A program made the position numbers and the translations under genes. From Octopus bimaculoides (Eukaryota), in the NCBI RefSeq assembly GCF_001194135.2, contig NC_068988.1, forward strand, positions 73,559,122 to 73,595,701: a stretch of DNA of 36,580 bases. The letters run 5' to 3'. Of the stretch, positions 1 through 12,176 are shown piece after piece. Position 1 is the stretch's first letter, and the number at the start of each line of letters is the position of its first letter. Below the pieces are notes generated by a model that saw only the letters and a program-made list of their open reading frames with translations, had not been told where the DNA came from and ran no database searches.

Positions 1-350
1 AAAAGAAATGGAAAAACTTTCAAAATACAAAGACCTGGAAATAGAGATAACTCGAATGTGGAATCTAAAAACAGAAACAATTCCTATCATAGTAGGTGCC
101 TTAGGTATAATAAAAAAATATTCAGACAAATACATAACAAAAACACCAGGACTTAGAAATATATATAACATACAGAAAATTGCACTACTGGGTACTGCAC
201 ACATTCTACGCAAAACACTTTCAATACAGTAAACATAAGAGCACCACAGCAAACCACAGCACATACCCAAGGCGCACAGAGCTGCGCTCGGTAGTGAAGT
301 GAAAGCACGTTATAAAAATAAAACTACTGAATAATAATAATAATAATAAT
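1..350 (+). mobile_element. 3' end of an R4/Dong-like (RLE-clade) non-LTR retrotransposon with (TAA)n tail
   Basis: ORF 8-232 (KEMEKLSKYKDLEIEITRMW...PIIVGALG...IQKIALLGTAHILRKTL) matches the C-terminus of RLE-type LINE ORFs (K..KY.DL..E..W, P.IVGALG). It is followed by a ~100-bp 3'UTR and (AAT)n at 330-350. A near-identical inverted copy lies at 3394-3677. Confidence 0.88.
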
Positions 351-550
351 GGTTTCAAATTTTAGCACAAGGTCAGCGATTTCAGGAGAGGAGGTTACAT
401 CGACCCTAGTACTCAACTGGTACTTATTTCATCGATCCCGAAGGGTGATAGGCAAAGTTGACCTCGGTGGAATTTGAACTCAAAATGTAAAGACGGACGA
501 AATACCGCTAAGCATTTTGTCCTGCGTGCTAAAGATTCTGCCGGTTCGCT
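351..550 (-). mobile_element. tRNA-derived SINE (family A)
   Basis: The minus strand reads ..GCGAACCGGCAGAATCTTTAGCAC.. (A-box-like), ..GAGTTCAAATTCCACCGAGGTCAACTTTGCC.. (B-box-like) and then TCGATGAAATAAGTACCAGTTGAGTACT. Its (ATT)n tail coincides with the LINE tail at 330-350. Confidence 0.8.
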
Positions 551-554
551 CACA

Positions 555-604
555 TAATATAAATTTGAAATGCTTTGGTGTGTAACTTTTGGCCCATCCT
601 ATAT
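555..604 (-). mobile_element. Possible Tc1/mariner-type terminal inverted repeat fragment
   Basis: The minus strand TATAGGATGGGCCAAAAGTTACACACC resembles TA|CAGGGTGGGCCAAAAG-type Tc1/mariner termini. No partner end was found. Confidence 0.3.
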
Positions 605-609
605 TTTTA

Positions 610-1720
610 TATTACAAATTATGAGAGAGTATCGTTTACTGAGGTAAATTAAGCAGCTTTATCTAGATGATAAGTTGATATTAGTTTACCCTCTGTCAAT
701 GTTATTAGAGTGAGAAATCTTATCGTTAATATTGCTACTTCGTTAATATAAGCATTTGTAGTGATCCGATATATTGATTAACATGAGAATTATTGTTATG
801 ATTACTCGATGAAATTTGTGTTTTAGTTGGGAATTGATGGTACTTATAAGCGATGGTACTTATATGCGAAGAGTTTACATATTTTACTAAAAATTAGTTT
901 CTTATTTATCGGGACATTTACTCTTACAAAATAATTTAAATTGTTAACGAATATACAAATAGACATTTTAGTTACATATTTACAAATAAACTGACTGCAA
1001 TTATTAAGGTATTCGTCATGTTTCTATCTTTAAATCTCTTAAGTTTATCATTAAAGATTGAATTAGAGTTCTCGAGAATATTAATTTAGTTGCATAAAAT
1101 AGTTATATTTTATTCTCTCATCATACCGACTTCGCCTTAATACATCATTATAATGCATCATCATTAAAATTTCTTTCATTAGCTGGTAGATTCGAAATCT
1201 AGGGGTAAAGATGATTAGAAACTATTAATATCAAACTGTTAGAGATATTTCTATTTATTTTCTGATAACACAAACCATTGTATTATCTCATATCCCAACG
1301 AGAGAGGTTCACATAATTTTTAACTTATTTTATCTACTATCCTCTAACTGATGTCACCATAGTTTGATTTACAGGGATGGTTCTTCCAAAATGTTATCAT
1401 AATCTTTAATGTTAAAATGAGATGGTCTTGGACTGAAAGATTCCATCTTATACCACTTGATTAAGATGAGTAACTAAGTTGTATCTCTTCTCATTTATAT
1501 TTATAAAAATACTTCGCAAGCCCTTTCATAACTTCTGTGCAATTCTTTCATTAGAAATTCATTGCGTTTTTTCATGTTAATTGAATATAAATTTCCAGTT
1601 TTACCCGAAGGTATATGTAAAAGGTCAGAATGCTTAATATACGAAATCCCTATTGAAAAATCCTTCTAGAAGGCTTTTATTTAATACTTATTACTAAATA
1701 TGTTAAAGAATCGAGTTCTT
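610..1720 (-). pseudogene. Highly degenerate Penelope-like element (Neptune-type) reverse transcriptase region
   Basis: Manual minus-strand translation near 1200-1440 gives ILTLKIM...PCKSNYGDIS*RIVDKIS*KL...WFVLSENK...QFDINSF. This matches the PLE RT pattern P.KS.IG.ISK.ILDKI...WF...FDI..FYPS. It has many stops and frameshifts. Confidence 0.55.
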
Positions 1721-1765
1721 GAATTTTGTGGATATATTTTTCCAGTGCATAAGCACTAATTCAAG

Positions 1766-1770
1766 CCACA

Positions 1771-1815
<45 letters not shown>

Positions 1816-1848
1816 ACAAACGCACACACGCATTTATACATACATACA

Positions 1849-1920
<72 letters not shown>
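1766..1920. repeat. Compound microsatellite (CA)n/(TACA)n/(TC)n
   Basis: Directly visible. It produces the spurious HT/SL/ER-repeat ORFs. Confidence 0.97.
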
Positions 1921-1921
<1 letters not shown>

Positions 1922-2089
1922 AGCAAAGCCAACTCCCCAGCATCTCAAGCATAATTAAGAACCCTGGCAATTTATACCAACGACAAAACCCGAAATACGT
2001 ACTTCCAACAAATTTACCCAGATAGCAAAACCAGCCTCTCAGCAATCTTAACATAATTAATAACACTGATAATTTATACCAATCAAATT

Positions 2090-3130
2090 ACAGCAAACAT
2101 TTTTTAGACCGAGTGAAGAGTAACATGCTGGAGAAACCCAAAGTAATTAATTTATCAAAGAAAACTCTCTCTGCAACAAAAATCAGTATACTAGCTAAAT
2201 GATTGAAATTTACCCCAACCTCATGAAGATCTAACCAGAATGAAATTAAAGACAATATTTCAGAATTCTGCAGAAAACTACGACTCAGAAGCACTGACTA
2301 CAACAACGAGGATGAATCACTGATTAAAAACAGAAGCAATTATCTCTCACCTAAAGGTTGGAATAAAACGCTAGATGACTTCTGTGACCATATCCAAAAT
2401 TTCCTAAATACTTTCCATATGCCAAAAATTGATTCAAACCTCAACAATCTAGAATGGAAAAATCTAATTGAACTACAAAAGGACAAAGGCCTGACAATTA
2501 AAGAAGCAGAAAAAGGAAATGTTTCATTCCAAATACTACAAAAACCTAGTATTAGCCATGCTAGAAAACGATACCTTCTACGAAAATGTTGTAAACTATA
2601 AACAACAAAAAACAATGAAAAAAACCTTGCATCCTTAATTCATCTACATGGAAAAGGCCTGACAGAACAAGAAATAGATTATATCATGCACTTTAAATGC
2701 AAGCCTAGACTTTTTTACAGCCTACCTAAAATACATAAAAGCAAGATAGTTACTGAATCTTGCAAACAATCACCAGGCAAATACATAAATATCCTAGCGC
2801 CAGAAGATTTAAAGATAAGACCCATTATTAGCTGGCCCAGCCTGTGAAACCCACCGCCTAAGCAATTTTCTAGACATCCTACTGAAACCCTTGCTGAAAT
2901 ACATCAAAAGTTTCATTAGAGATGATCTAGATATGCTTGAGCACCTACCAAAAACAACTAATGAAGAGACATTATTGGTTTCCTTCGACGTTATTAATCT
3001 TTACACCAATATCTCACATGAATATGGAATAAAAGCAATGAAACTCTGGCTGGAAAAGTGCCTCGAAGAACTACCGGAACGCATAAACCAGGTTTTTATT
3101 ATTGAAACATAAAATTTATATTTCAGAACA
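2090..3130 (+). pseudogene. Penelope-like element reverse transcriptase fragment
   Basis: Fragments include VINLSKKTLS...LKFTPT, LTIKEAEKG (IK.ADKG motif), FYSLPKIHKS, KIRPII, and SFIRDDLDML...LLVSFDVINLYTNISHEYG (ORF 2891-3112). All are PLE RT motifs. The region is disrupted by stops and frameshifts and truncated at about 3130. Confidence 0.85.
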
Positions 3131-3132
3131 AT

Positions 3133-3275
3133 TTACATTATTTACAATTGACGGATATTTGTCCTCATCTTGTTTGTTGCTAACACAACGTTTCGGCTGA
3201 TATACCCTCCAGCCTTCATCAGGTGTGTTGGGGAAATTTCGAGCCTGGGTTCTCATTCCTAAGGTATTTTTCGAT
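3133..3275 (-). mobile_element. Short PLE-terminus-like repeat segment carrying a hammerhead ribozyme
   Basis: The segment abuts the PLE RT fragment in opposite orientation and contains CTGATGA-stem-GAAAC on the minus strand. It is bounded on the other side by (CTT)n(TTA)n. Confidence 0.6.
3182..3229 (-). ncRNA. Minimal type-I hammerhead ribozyme (predicted)
   Basis: Minus strand: ACAC-CUGAUGA-A-GGCUG-GAGGGUAUAU-CAGCC-GAAAC-GUU-GUGU. The core is intact, stem II is a 5-bp GGCUG/CAGCC, stem III is the palindrome AACGUU, and stem I is ACAC/GUGU. This architecture is known from PLE minimal hammerheads. Confidence 0.75.
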
Positions 3276-3393
<118 letters not shown>

Positions 3394-3677
3394 TTCAGTA
3401 GTTTTATTTTTATAACGTGCTTTCACTTCACTACCGAGCGCAGCTCTGTGTGCCTTGGGTATGTGCTGTGGCTTGCTGTGATGCTCTTATGGTTACTGTA
3501 TTGAAAGTGTTTTGCGTAGGATGTTTGTAGTACCTAGTAGTGCTATTTTCTGTATGTTATATATATTTGTAAGTCCTGGTGTTTTTGTTATGTATTTGTC
3601 TGAATATTTTTTTATTATACCTAAGGAACCTACTATGATAGGAATTGTTTCTGCTTTTAGATTCCACATTCGAGTTA
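3394..3677 (-). mobile_element. 5'-truncated copy of the same R4/Dong-like LINE as 1-350
   Basis: The reverse complement aligns to about 48-330 with 13 substitutions counted by eye over about 285 bp. It ends in the (TAA)n tract. Confidence 0.92.
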
Positions 3678-4195
3678 CCTAATCCTAAAATCTAACTCTA
3701 ATCCTAAAAACTAACCCTTCCCTTCGTATCGATACGTAGATGCATCGGGACCTCTGTATTTAAGTAACGCCGTGAAACTAAAGGTTTTTATGTGTTCTTG
3801 AATGGTTTACAAACATCTATGCTGCAATTGATTTTGTTTCAGCACACATTCACAGATCAAGTCACTTGCTGTGCAAGTAAATCTCCGTAAGATATATATT
3901 ACCCAACCCCACCATTTCGAAGCTTGGGTTTAAAATAAATGGGGAAAATCCCCAGAAAGATTTTCCCCAGAAATTTCTTTATAATCGTAATCTATGCCGT
4001 TTGAGAGGGATTTGTAAAAACATTCATTAAAAGATATCCATCTTCCTGAAAGTTATGAGGGAAAAAAGTCAGATCGTGTGAATTTTCCGAAACTCCTCTC
4101 TCCACCCACTCGGAAAAATTCTTACCCATAAATCCCCATATACTCTAAAGGCACAACATCTAAGCGGTATTTGTAGAAAATTTTGTTAAAAAGTA

Positions 4196-4613
4196 TCTAT
4201 TTTTCTGGATGTTATGAAACAACAAAGTCGGGGGTGTATACATCTGTAGTAATGCCCTTTTATTTATACGATTTTTTTCATTTCATGTTTATTTCATTTA
4301 TTGTTTGCAATGTTCTCTCTCACACACACGCACACTGCAAAGCTGGTGAATTGAAATCTCTATGTTGCTTTGAGGAGAAGGTAAAACTTGGCAAACTGTT
4401 TCCCTCTCTGTTGTTGGACTATCGTGATGTTTATTTTAAAAAGTGTATGACTGTCATGAAATAATGAAAGCAATATTTACTAAGCAAGAAAGAACTATTA
4501 TACAAAGAAATAATTAGACGTAAAATATAAAAATTATTAGAATTGGGAATCAAATGTGAAAATATTATCAAGGGACTAGCAGAAAAACGCCCGGAGGGCG
4601 GTCTTTCTGCTAG
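4196..4613 (+). mobile_element. Non-autonomous Helitron-like element
   Basis: The 3' end is a GC hairpin (CGCCC-GGA-GGGCG) followed by GTCTTTCTG-CTAG|T at 4610-4614. The internal translation HCKAGELKSLCCFEEKVKL resembles the Helitron Rep N-terminal C..C...CC..GKV.L motif. The 5' A|TC boundary at 4195/4196 is tentative. Confidence 0.45.
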
Positions 4614-5172
4614 TTTATCTAACTATGCTCTTAAAGAAACGTATTATGATGAAATCTGGCAGATCTCTAATATCGAAGATATACAAAAAATTCGATTGTT
4701 AAAGTGAAATTATTAAATAGATGAATCTTAATTATAGTACAGTTTTTTTCTCATCATTTATTAAATAAAGTAAAATAAACTTTGTATTTTGCTAAAAACT
4801 TCATTTACACAAATTCATTAAAAAAAATTCTCTCGTATTAAATATAACAGTGTTGTAGAAACATAACATTGTTGCATCGATGAACTTTAATTACAAATGA
4901 AAACGACAACATAGAATCACACATGACTGTGACTGATTTTCCAGCAATATTCTTAGAGGTTTGGCCATAATTTCTGAAATGGGGAGCCAAAATAACCTAA
5001 ATCTCACTAAATTAACAACTACTAAGGAGTGTTGACACTGATATGAGAGTGTATGTGAATACACACTAACAGAAACACACGCATACACACACGCATTCCC
5101 ATACCCACGTATACGCTCATATTCGGACGCGCGCAAGCACGCACACATACACACATATCAATATTATAAACA

Positions 5173-7108
5173 TCAGGTCACGTGATAATCTTTTCGGCTT
5201 GTGAGAACGACTTCTGTCAAAAAATCAATTAACCAGTATAGCGAGAAAAACAATGGGGCATATAAAAATCTATCGAAATAAATAAGTGAGCGCTTCAAAG
5301 TTGGCAACAAATTTTGCTCTTTGATTAATTTCCTTATACGTTTCTGAAAACCCGTATGTAGACCAGCCATCACCGAAGCATTATCATATGCTTGCCCTCT
5401 ACAATTTTGAATACCAATTCTGTCTTACCCTAAATTTTCCAAAATCATTGTCGAAATATTCTCGGCGGTTTTAACTGTTTTCATTGAAATCAACAATTGA
5501 TTCCACAACCTCATCTTTATTTTCACCGATCATAACATAGCGTAAAATTGGATTTGTTTGATTCTTATAAGGAGGGATAGCAAATATCATGGAAAAGTAC
5601 TTAGCTTCTTTTACTTGTTTGATTACTTTGCCTCTTACGTTCTTTCCTAAGATTCCTATAAACTCATTCTGAATAGTAGAAAACAGAAAGGAAATAGCAA
5701 ATTTGTTTCCCAACTGAACTGTTCACGGTGCACTGGATCAAAATGTTGTCAGCAAATGAACTGGCTCTAAAAAATTTCCTCTCTTTTCCATTGCTTCAGT
5801 TTCAACATCAGTCTCAGTTCCCTTATAGTTCACTCCTTCTCGGTGTCCGCGTAAAACTAAATTCTGTTAAGCTAGAAATCTGATAAAATCAAAGTAGGTT
5901 GAAAGGAATTCTTTCCACTTTTTCACTTGGCATTCAACAGCTTCTTATTTTTTATTGCTTTTGCTGGTTTTTAACTAATTGTTGCCTCCACGAGCAATCC
6001 CAGTTCCAACTCCTTTTATTGTGTAAAATTCCGAATGTGAATTGCACTGGGTTCATTTTCAGACATTCTCGGATTCAGTTTCCACCAGAGTTTGAATCCA
6101 GGCTCAGAATTAAATCTTGTGTTACTTCTGTCTGAAAGCAATTTGCAATAAAAGCAGTAAAGAGCTTCATTGGAAGGTGAGTACGACATCTATGATTGCA
6201 AAATCCTTTCACCATTATGAAGAGTCTGAAAAATTTGTTACGCATTAGTCTTTTAGTATGACTCTTTGGTTGTGTAGTGGCGCGTGTGGCCGACATTGGC
6301 CGCCATCTTGGGAAGTGCCATTGCGCATGTGCAAGGGACTTGCCGTCAGCGGAAGTACCCGAGCATGCATGCGCAATGCAACAGGTGGAGAGAAAGCAAT
6401 AGCGTTCGATCTCTTCTCTATCTAGCAGCTGTCGCGACAACACGTTCTTCCAGTGCTCTCTCAACTCGATACCGACATGTGGTCGAAGCTTCCTTAGTAT
6501 TCTAGCGGCATGCCTGTTCACCCAGGAACGAAACGGCTCTACACCAACCTAGAATAAATTATTGATCTGTTGTTACCGTTATCCCTCGTGTTGTTGTATT
6601 TCTGGATTTCAATGATTAATATAAGAACTGGGGAGAGATGGCCGAGCCGTCATATCTCATCCAATTCTTATAGTTGAAACACCTTGGTGAATAACTTCAC
6701 CAAAATCATAATCTGGATTTTGAACCATAGATACACCTTGAAGTACCAGAAAATTCCGTGTGTCATTGCTAATCTTAAATAATTTGTCTAATGCATTAAG
6801 TAAACGCAAAAGATCTGCCACCCATTATATAAGCTAAATATCACTGAATCTCTATGTTAAAATTTTTTATAGGTAGCGAAAATGTTTCTTTTATCAATTT
6901 ATATGACAATGGTTGACTGACTACATACCCGAATATATACCATAGTTAAAGTTACTCTAAATCAAAAACTGAGTAGTGTCCCGATATTAAAAAGCATTTA
7001 AATTTCAGTACAGCCTATATAGGCTTATACAGCAGACCAAGAAGTGTTGCCTCCAAAAAAGCATCGCCCGGGCAGGCCACCCTTCCTCATCCCTTAGCTA
7101 CGCTACAA
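5173..7108 (-). mobile_element. hAT transposon remnant (DUF4371/ZMYM1-like, Tip100-like group): 5' end plus N-terminal and central transposase
   Basis: Minus-strand fragments: ISNDTRNFLVLQG..QNPDYDF (~6700-6790), LHNGERILQS*MSYSPSNEALYCFYCKLL (~6130-6220), TIQNEFIGILG...KEAKYFSMIF..ILRYV (5471-5713) and CRGQAYDNASVMAG (~5365-5410). The terminus-like sequence at 7091-7108 reads TGTAGCGTAGCTAAGGG on the minus strand, similar to CAGTRGCGTAGC hAT TIRs. The other end was not found. Confidence 0.8.
6266..6551. promoter_or_regulatory. CpG-rich cluster of housekeeping-promoter-like motifs
   Basis: YY1-type GCCGCCATCTTG at 6299-6310, ETS-type GGAAGT at 6311-6316 and CGGAAGT at 6350-6356, NRF1-type TGCGCATGTGCA at 6322-6333 and TGCATGCGCA at 6366-6375, and the palindrome TGTCGCGACA at 6430-6439. 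About 20 CpGs lie in an otherwise AT-rich context. Function is not demonstrated. Confidence 0.5.
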
Positions 7109-7679
7109 TGTAAACATAAAATAATGCTAATTTTTTTTAAAACACCGGTCCTACTTATAGCGCAGTTTCGTCTCATCATTTAGTACAAAGCTAAGTGCAA
7201 ACTACTACTTAGATGAAATTTACATGAATGAAATTATATTGAAATGATCTTAGATCATTTTATGTTTCTAAATGATATTGAGCTAAATAAGTAAACAACA
7301 TGCATTAAGCTCTAATTTGTGGTTATAAGCAATTTTTCCTATTAATCATTCCTATAGAAACAATTAAATTTAGGCAAGCTATTGTTTCATTAGGTGCTCC
7401 AGTGCAAGGGAGAGAATCATCTTGTCAGCAGTCAATATCATTTATTTTATTCTTACTTTTTTTCCTGATAGTGAAAGCAGATTTGCCTTTGATAGGATGG
7501 AAGATATCTCATAATATGTATTTTTTTTTTCCCTTGTTTTTCATTTCAACTATAGAATCCTTAATATTCATATCCAACCACAGTTTTCAATTCTCGTATA
7601 TTTTGATTTAACTATTTCGTTTTATTTGAAACTTATCAGTACGAAGCAATACTGATTTCTAAATTATGCTATAAAAATG

Positions 7680-7688
7680 AGAGAGAGG

Positions 7689-7743
<55 letters not shown>

Positions 7744-7776
7744 GGGGGAGAGTTGAGCAGAGAGAGGGGGGCGGGC
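7680..7776. repeat. (GA)n microsatellite flanking a gap
   Basis: Directly visible. Confidence 0.95.
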
Positions 7777-8664
7777 NNNNNNNNNNNNNNNNNNNNNNNN
7801 NNNNNNNNNNNNNNNNNNNNNNNNNNNNNNNNNNNNNNNNNNNNNNNNNNNNNNNNNNNNNNNNNNNNNNNNNNNNNNNNNNNNNNNNNNNNNNNNNNNN
7901 NNNNNNNNNNNNNNNNNNNNNNNNNNNNNNNNNNNNNNNNNNNNNNNNNNNNNNNNNNNNNNNNNNNNNNNNNNNNNNNNNNNNNNNNNNNNNNNNNNNN
8001 NNNNNNNNNNNNNNNNNNNNNNNNNNNNNNNNNNNNNNNNNNNNNNNNNNNNNNNNNNNNNNNNNNNNNNNNNNNNNNNNNNNNNNNNNNNNNNNNNNNN
8101 NNNNNNNNNNNNNNNNNNNNNNNNNNNNNNNNNNNNNNNNNNNNNNNNNNNNNNNNNNNNNNNNNNNNNNNNNNNNNNNNNNNNNNNNNNNNNNNNNNNN
8201 NNNNNNNNNNNNNNNNNNNNNNNNNNNNNNNNNNNNNNNNNNNNNNNNNNNNNNNNNNNNNNNNNNNNNNNNNNNNNNNNNNNNNNNNNNNNNNNNNNNN
8301 NNNNNNNNNNNNNNNNNNNNNNNNNNNNNNNNNNNNNNNNNNNNNNNNNNNNNNNNNNNNNNNNNNNNNNNNNNNNNNNNNNNNNNNNNNNNNNNNNNNN
8401 NNNNNNNNNNNNNNNNNNNNNNNNNNNNNNNNNNNNNNNNNNNNNNNNNNNNNNNNNNNNNNNNNNNNNNNNNNNNNNNNNNNNNNNNNNNNNNNNNNNN
8501 NNNNNNNNNNNNNNNNNNNNNNNNNNNNNNNNNNNNNNNNNNNNNNNNNNNNNNNNNNNNNNNNNNNNNNNNNNNNNNNNNNNNNNNNNNNNNNNNNNNN
8601 NNNNNNNNNNNNNNNNNNNNNNNNNNNNNNNNNNNNNNNNNNNNNNNNNNNNNNNNNNNNNNNN
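7777..8664. other. Assembly gap (N run)
   Basis: N characters, with microsatellites on both sides. Confidence 1.
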
Positions 8665-8696
<32 letters not shown>

Positions 8697-10431
8697 TACA
8701 TGTATATGTATATACATACATACTTACACACACACACACACACACACACACGTGTATAGCCAGACAAAAGGCATGATAAAAATTGTGTGTGTGTGTGTGT
8801 GTGTACATATATTGAAAGGTTATTCTACATGCAATGTATAATCTATGATGATGCATTTTACGTATTTCTTTATGTTTTTTTATCATTTCGTGTTCTGATC
8901 CACTGTATATCAGGTAGGAAATTGCACATTAAATTGACAATTTTATTAAATTTATGTTGGTACATACATACATACATACATACATACATACATACATTCA
9001 TATGTACGTACATTCAAATGTACGTACATTCATATGTACGTACACCTCCGTGCATGCATATGTGTATCTGAAGCGTATAAATCATAGACACAATATAATA
9101 CATTAATGTAGTTCTTCGCACCTTTGTCAACAAGCAACAAATATTATTTCATTTCCAAATATTTCTTAAATGTGTTTAATGTTTAAATAGTATCAAATAT
9201 ATCTAGAACTACGACATTCGATAAAAATAAGGTGCGAGACAAACAAAATAGCATTTTTCCCCTCGTACGTTATTCATGTATCATTTCATCTCGATATGGT
9301 GTAGCTATCTCTCTCGGCGTAAGTCCCTTCCACTCATCTCCTTCCTTTGTTGGTAGTAGCGTCTACCGCTTCTCCCCACACCCCAGCAGCTTTTCTTTTC
9401 CATTTCTAAATGCAGGCGTATACGCACTTGCGCAAGCGCGCCGCACGCTCGCGCGCACACGCACACGCACGCACTCACACGCACACACACGCACACACAC
9501 ACACACACACTAATACGTTTTGCATACATGCATCCACTGTCTTACAAACATTCGTACAATTCTTAATAAGTAGAGAGAGCTTCATTCAATGTGCACATAC
9601 CTTATATTGCAGTGATGTAATTATATATCACAGAGCATTTAGTTCGGCTGTCATCCTTTTTCTCCAGGTATCTACGCTCCAAGAATTAAGTACTAGAAGA
9701 AATGACAAAATGATATTTATAAAATGTACTATCAAAAAAATTGAAGAATCGTGTCTAACAACTATTATCGTTTCTAAAAGCTGAAGAAGGAAACAGGGAA
9801 TGTTTCTTTATACGTATATGTTCAGTATCTGATTATTGGTTGCATACATCATATTCAAATAACTTTCTGCTTGCTTGCTAAATAAATAAATAAATAAATA
9901 AATACTAAAAAGGTTTGAAAAGTAAACAAAAAAAACAAACATCTTATTTATTTGCTGAGAAATCATTGAAAAAACACGGTCATTTTATTGTCAGTGATTT
10001 CTTAAGACTAAAACGGACGCCGAAAGAACCACTCGAAAATTAAAAATAGCACCTATGTTTTGTGACAATGACGTATGTTATATTTTGATAGGTTTCCCGA
10101 GCATTCTAACGTAGTTTTTTTTTTCTCTATCTTTAGCATATTTAGTGCGGACACGGCGAAGAGATATGAGAGTTTCGACAAGATACCCTTTTTATAGTGA
10201 CATTAGTGATAGTAACCGAATACACAAACAACAGAACGCTCGAGAACTCAACCCTTCTGTATATCACAACCGAAGTTATTTGTTTCATTTATTAGACTGA
10301 GCCGGGAAATGGTACATATCTTGGTACAGATATAATGCAATTCCATTTGTAAAATAAGAATCATCAGCAAATTGTATGGTTCTTGCTTAATGTTTATTCT
10401 TATTTCGAAAAAGAAATGTGTTTGCCATTTT

Positions 10432-10435
10432 ATTA

Positions 10436-10492
<57 letters not shown>
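10432..10492. repeat. (ATT)n microsatellite
   Basis: Directly visible. Confidence 0.97.
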
Positions 10493-10493
<1 letters not shown>

Positions 10494-11164
10494 GAAAGGT
10501 GTCGTCTTATCTAATTTAGGAACACTGACTTCGTAAAGTTTTTCCAAAAACGCATTTTCAAATTTTAGTAATGCAGTCAAATAGAGTGCACATATTAAAA
10601 GAAAAGTTGCAATTTATATAACAGTACAGCTAATATAGACATTTTAGCTGTTGTATAGGGAGGTTCACTTCTTTTCACCTATATTTTGGTACTACGTTAG
10701 GGTTTATGAAAATTAACTATATTTTGTAAAAATGAATTAAATATTAACCTAATATATTATACAGATTGTTGTTCTCGCATTATTCAATCACATAAAAAAA
10801 CCTAGTGGAACACATCAAATAATATTGAAACGATAATATTGAAACGAGACGCATAATAGTAAACAGTGCTATACATGCGAAAAATACCAATAGCTTCATC
10901 ACCTGAAGACAAGAATGTGCATAAAAACAGGCTTCCCTTTACAAAGCAGCTTTCTCGTCCTAGATTGTTCAATATAATCATTTCTGTTCTGTTATCATAT
11001 TGGGCACAGGCAATGGTCTGCCATCATATATATATTCTACCTTCCCTGATATTTTCCCCATAGCTTTTGTCTTGGTAGAAACGCTTTCTTTACTCTTCTC
11101 TAGCCAGGGCAATAGTTTGAATGGCTGTGGGTGGAATATTTTTTCAATACTCATGTAACATCCT

Positions 11165-12115
11165 TGTATGTATGTATGTATGTATGTATGTATGTATGTA
11201 TGTATGTATGTATGTATGTTTCTTCGAGATTTATTTTAAGTTGTAACTTTTTCAGAATTCAAGGTGGTCACCAACAAAGTGATGAGGCTTTTCTTTTTGT
11301 TCAAATTAAAACAACCCCTGCATTTGTGGTTACATGTATTGGTTGATGTATGCATCATATGTGTGCATGTGGATAAACTTGTACTCGTGGGAGTGTGTGT
11401 CACGATAAAACACAAGTATCTATGTTTCATTAATGTTTAAGTATGCTCATATCTCATATGTATATGTGATTGTGTGCATTTGCTCACCAAAGAAGCTCAA
11501 ATAGAAAATCCCTGAAATGTTTCACAAACTTTCACTGTACCTTTAATCGATTGTATCCGAAGACGCGAATCAGCCGGCTGTTCTTTGGGGTGGGGGGATC
11601 CCAAGCATTTCTAGGTTTCTATGCAGATGTTGTTAGGTAAGCCAGTGCATGTATGATAATACGAACAAATAAAAATCTATGACCTGGATATAAGAACAGT
11701 AGGTTTCTCGTTAGTTCTCCGTAAGTTTTCCCTTTTGTCAAGTTTTAAAGTGACATTCACATTCGCTGTGTTGCTGATCTCCACCACGGGTCACAACGTT
11801 TACTCCATCTCCCGTATAACTATAGCTGGCATGTTGTGCTTCCACTGGTTTTGGAACGTTCTACCCGTATTTAATTTTAGAGGTGTTCGTAATGTCTTTT
11901 GTTCTGATAAGCCCTTGATATAGCCTTCAAGACGGGAAAGTAATATTTTGTGGGCATTTTTGAGAAGATTCTGACGTTATGAATATCTTCCACATTGGTA
12001 TGGCACAACTGACACTTCCTATCACAGCATAGAGACATCGCCATCTGTTTCGTTTATCAGGTATTTAATAGTTATCCCCTGTTCTTGAATAGCATAAACT
12101 TAGCATTCTAGGTGA
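11165..12115 (-). mobile_element. Degenerate 3' part of an R4/Dong-like LINE (third lineage) ending in (ACAT)n
   Basis: Minus-strand fragments: YAIQEQGITIKYLIN, RKCQLCHTNVEDIH (CCHC-like), KHNMPAIVI..VVEISNTANVNV (RLE PD..E-like), KTYGELTRNLLFLYPGHRF, and SIKGTVKVCETFQGF. These are followed by a 3'UTR and a (TATG)n tract at 11166-11219 on the plus strand. Confidence 0.75.
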
Positions 12116-12121
12116 TACAAA

Positions 12122-12145
12122 CACGCGCGTGCGAGCACACACAAA

Positions 12146-12176
<31 letters not shown>

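Noticed and set aside
3680-4180. CTAA(T/C)C-like repeats and CCCC/GGGG-rich motifs as a distinct element
   Set aside because: Probably part of a decayed repeat, but I could identify no termini or coding motif.
6075-6521. 148-aa minus-strand ORF as a novel gene
   Set aside because: It spans the GC-rich insertion and runs out of frame into the transposase remnant. It has no recognisable domain, and GC richness explains the lack of stops.
6630-6650. GGGGAGAGATGGCCGAGCCGT resembles a tRNA 5' end with an A box
   Set aside because: There is no B box or cloverleaf downstream, and it is too short to call a tRNA or SINE.
7659-8886. Long ORFs of 350-405 aa
   Set aside because: They are translations through the N gap and flanking microsatellites.
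10250-11120. Faint RT-like words on the minus strand (QFADDS ~10350-10370; KTKAM..DG..L ~11020-11080)
   Set aside because: Too degenerate to support a family call by eye. It needs a profile search.
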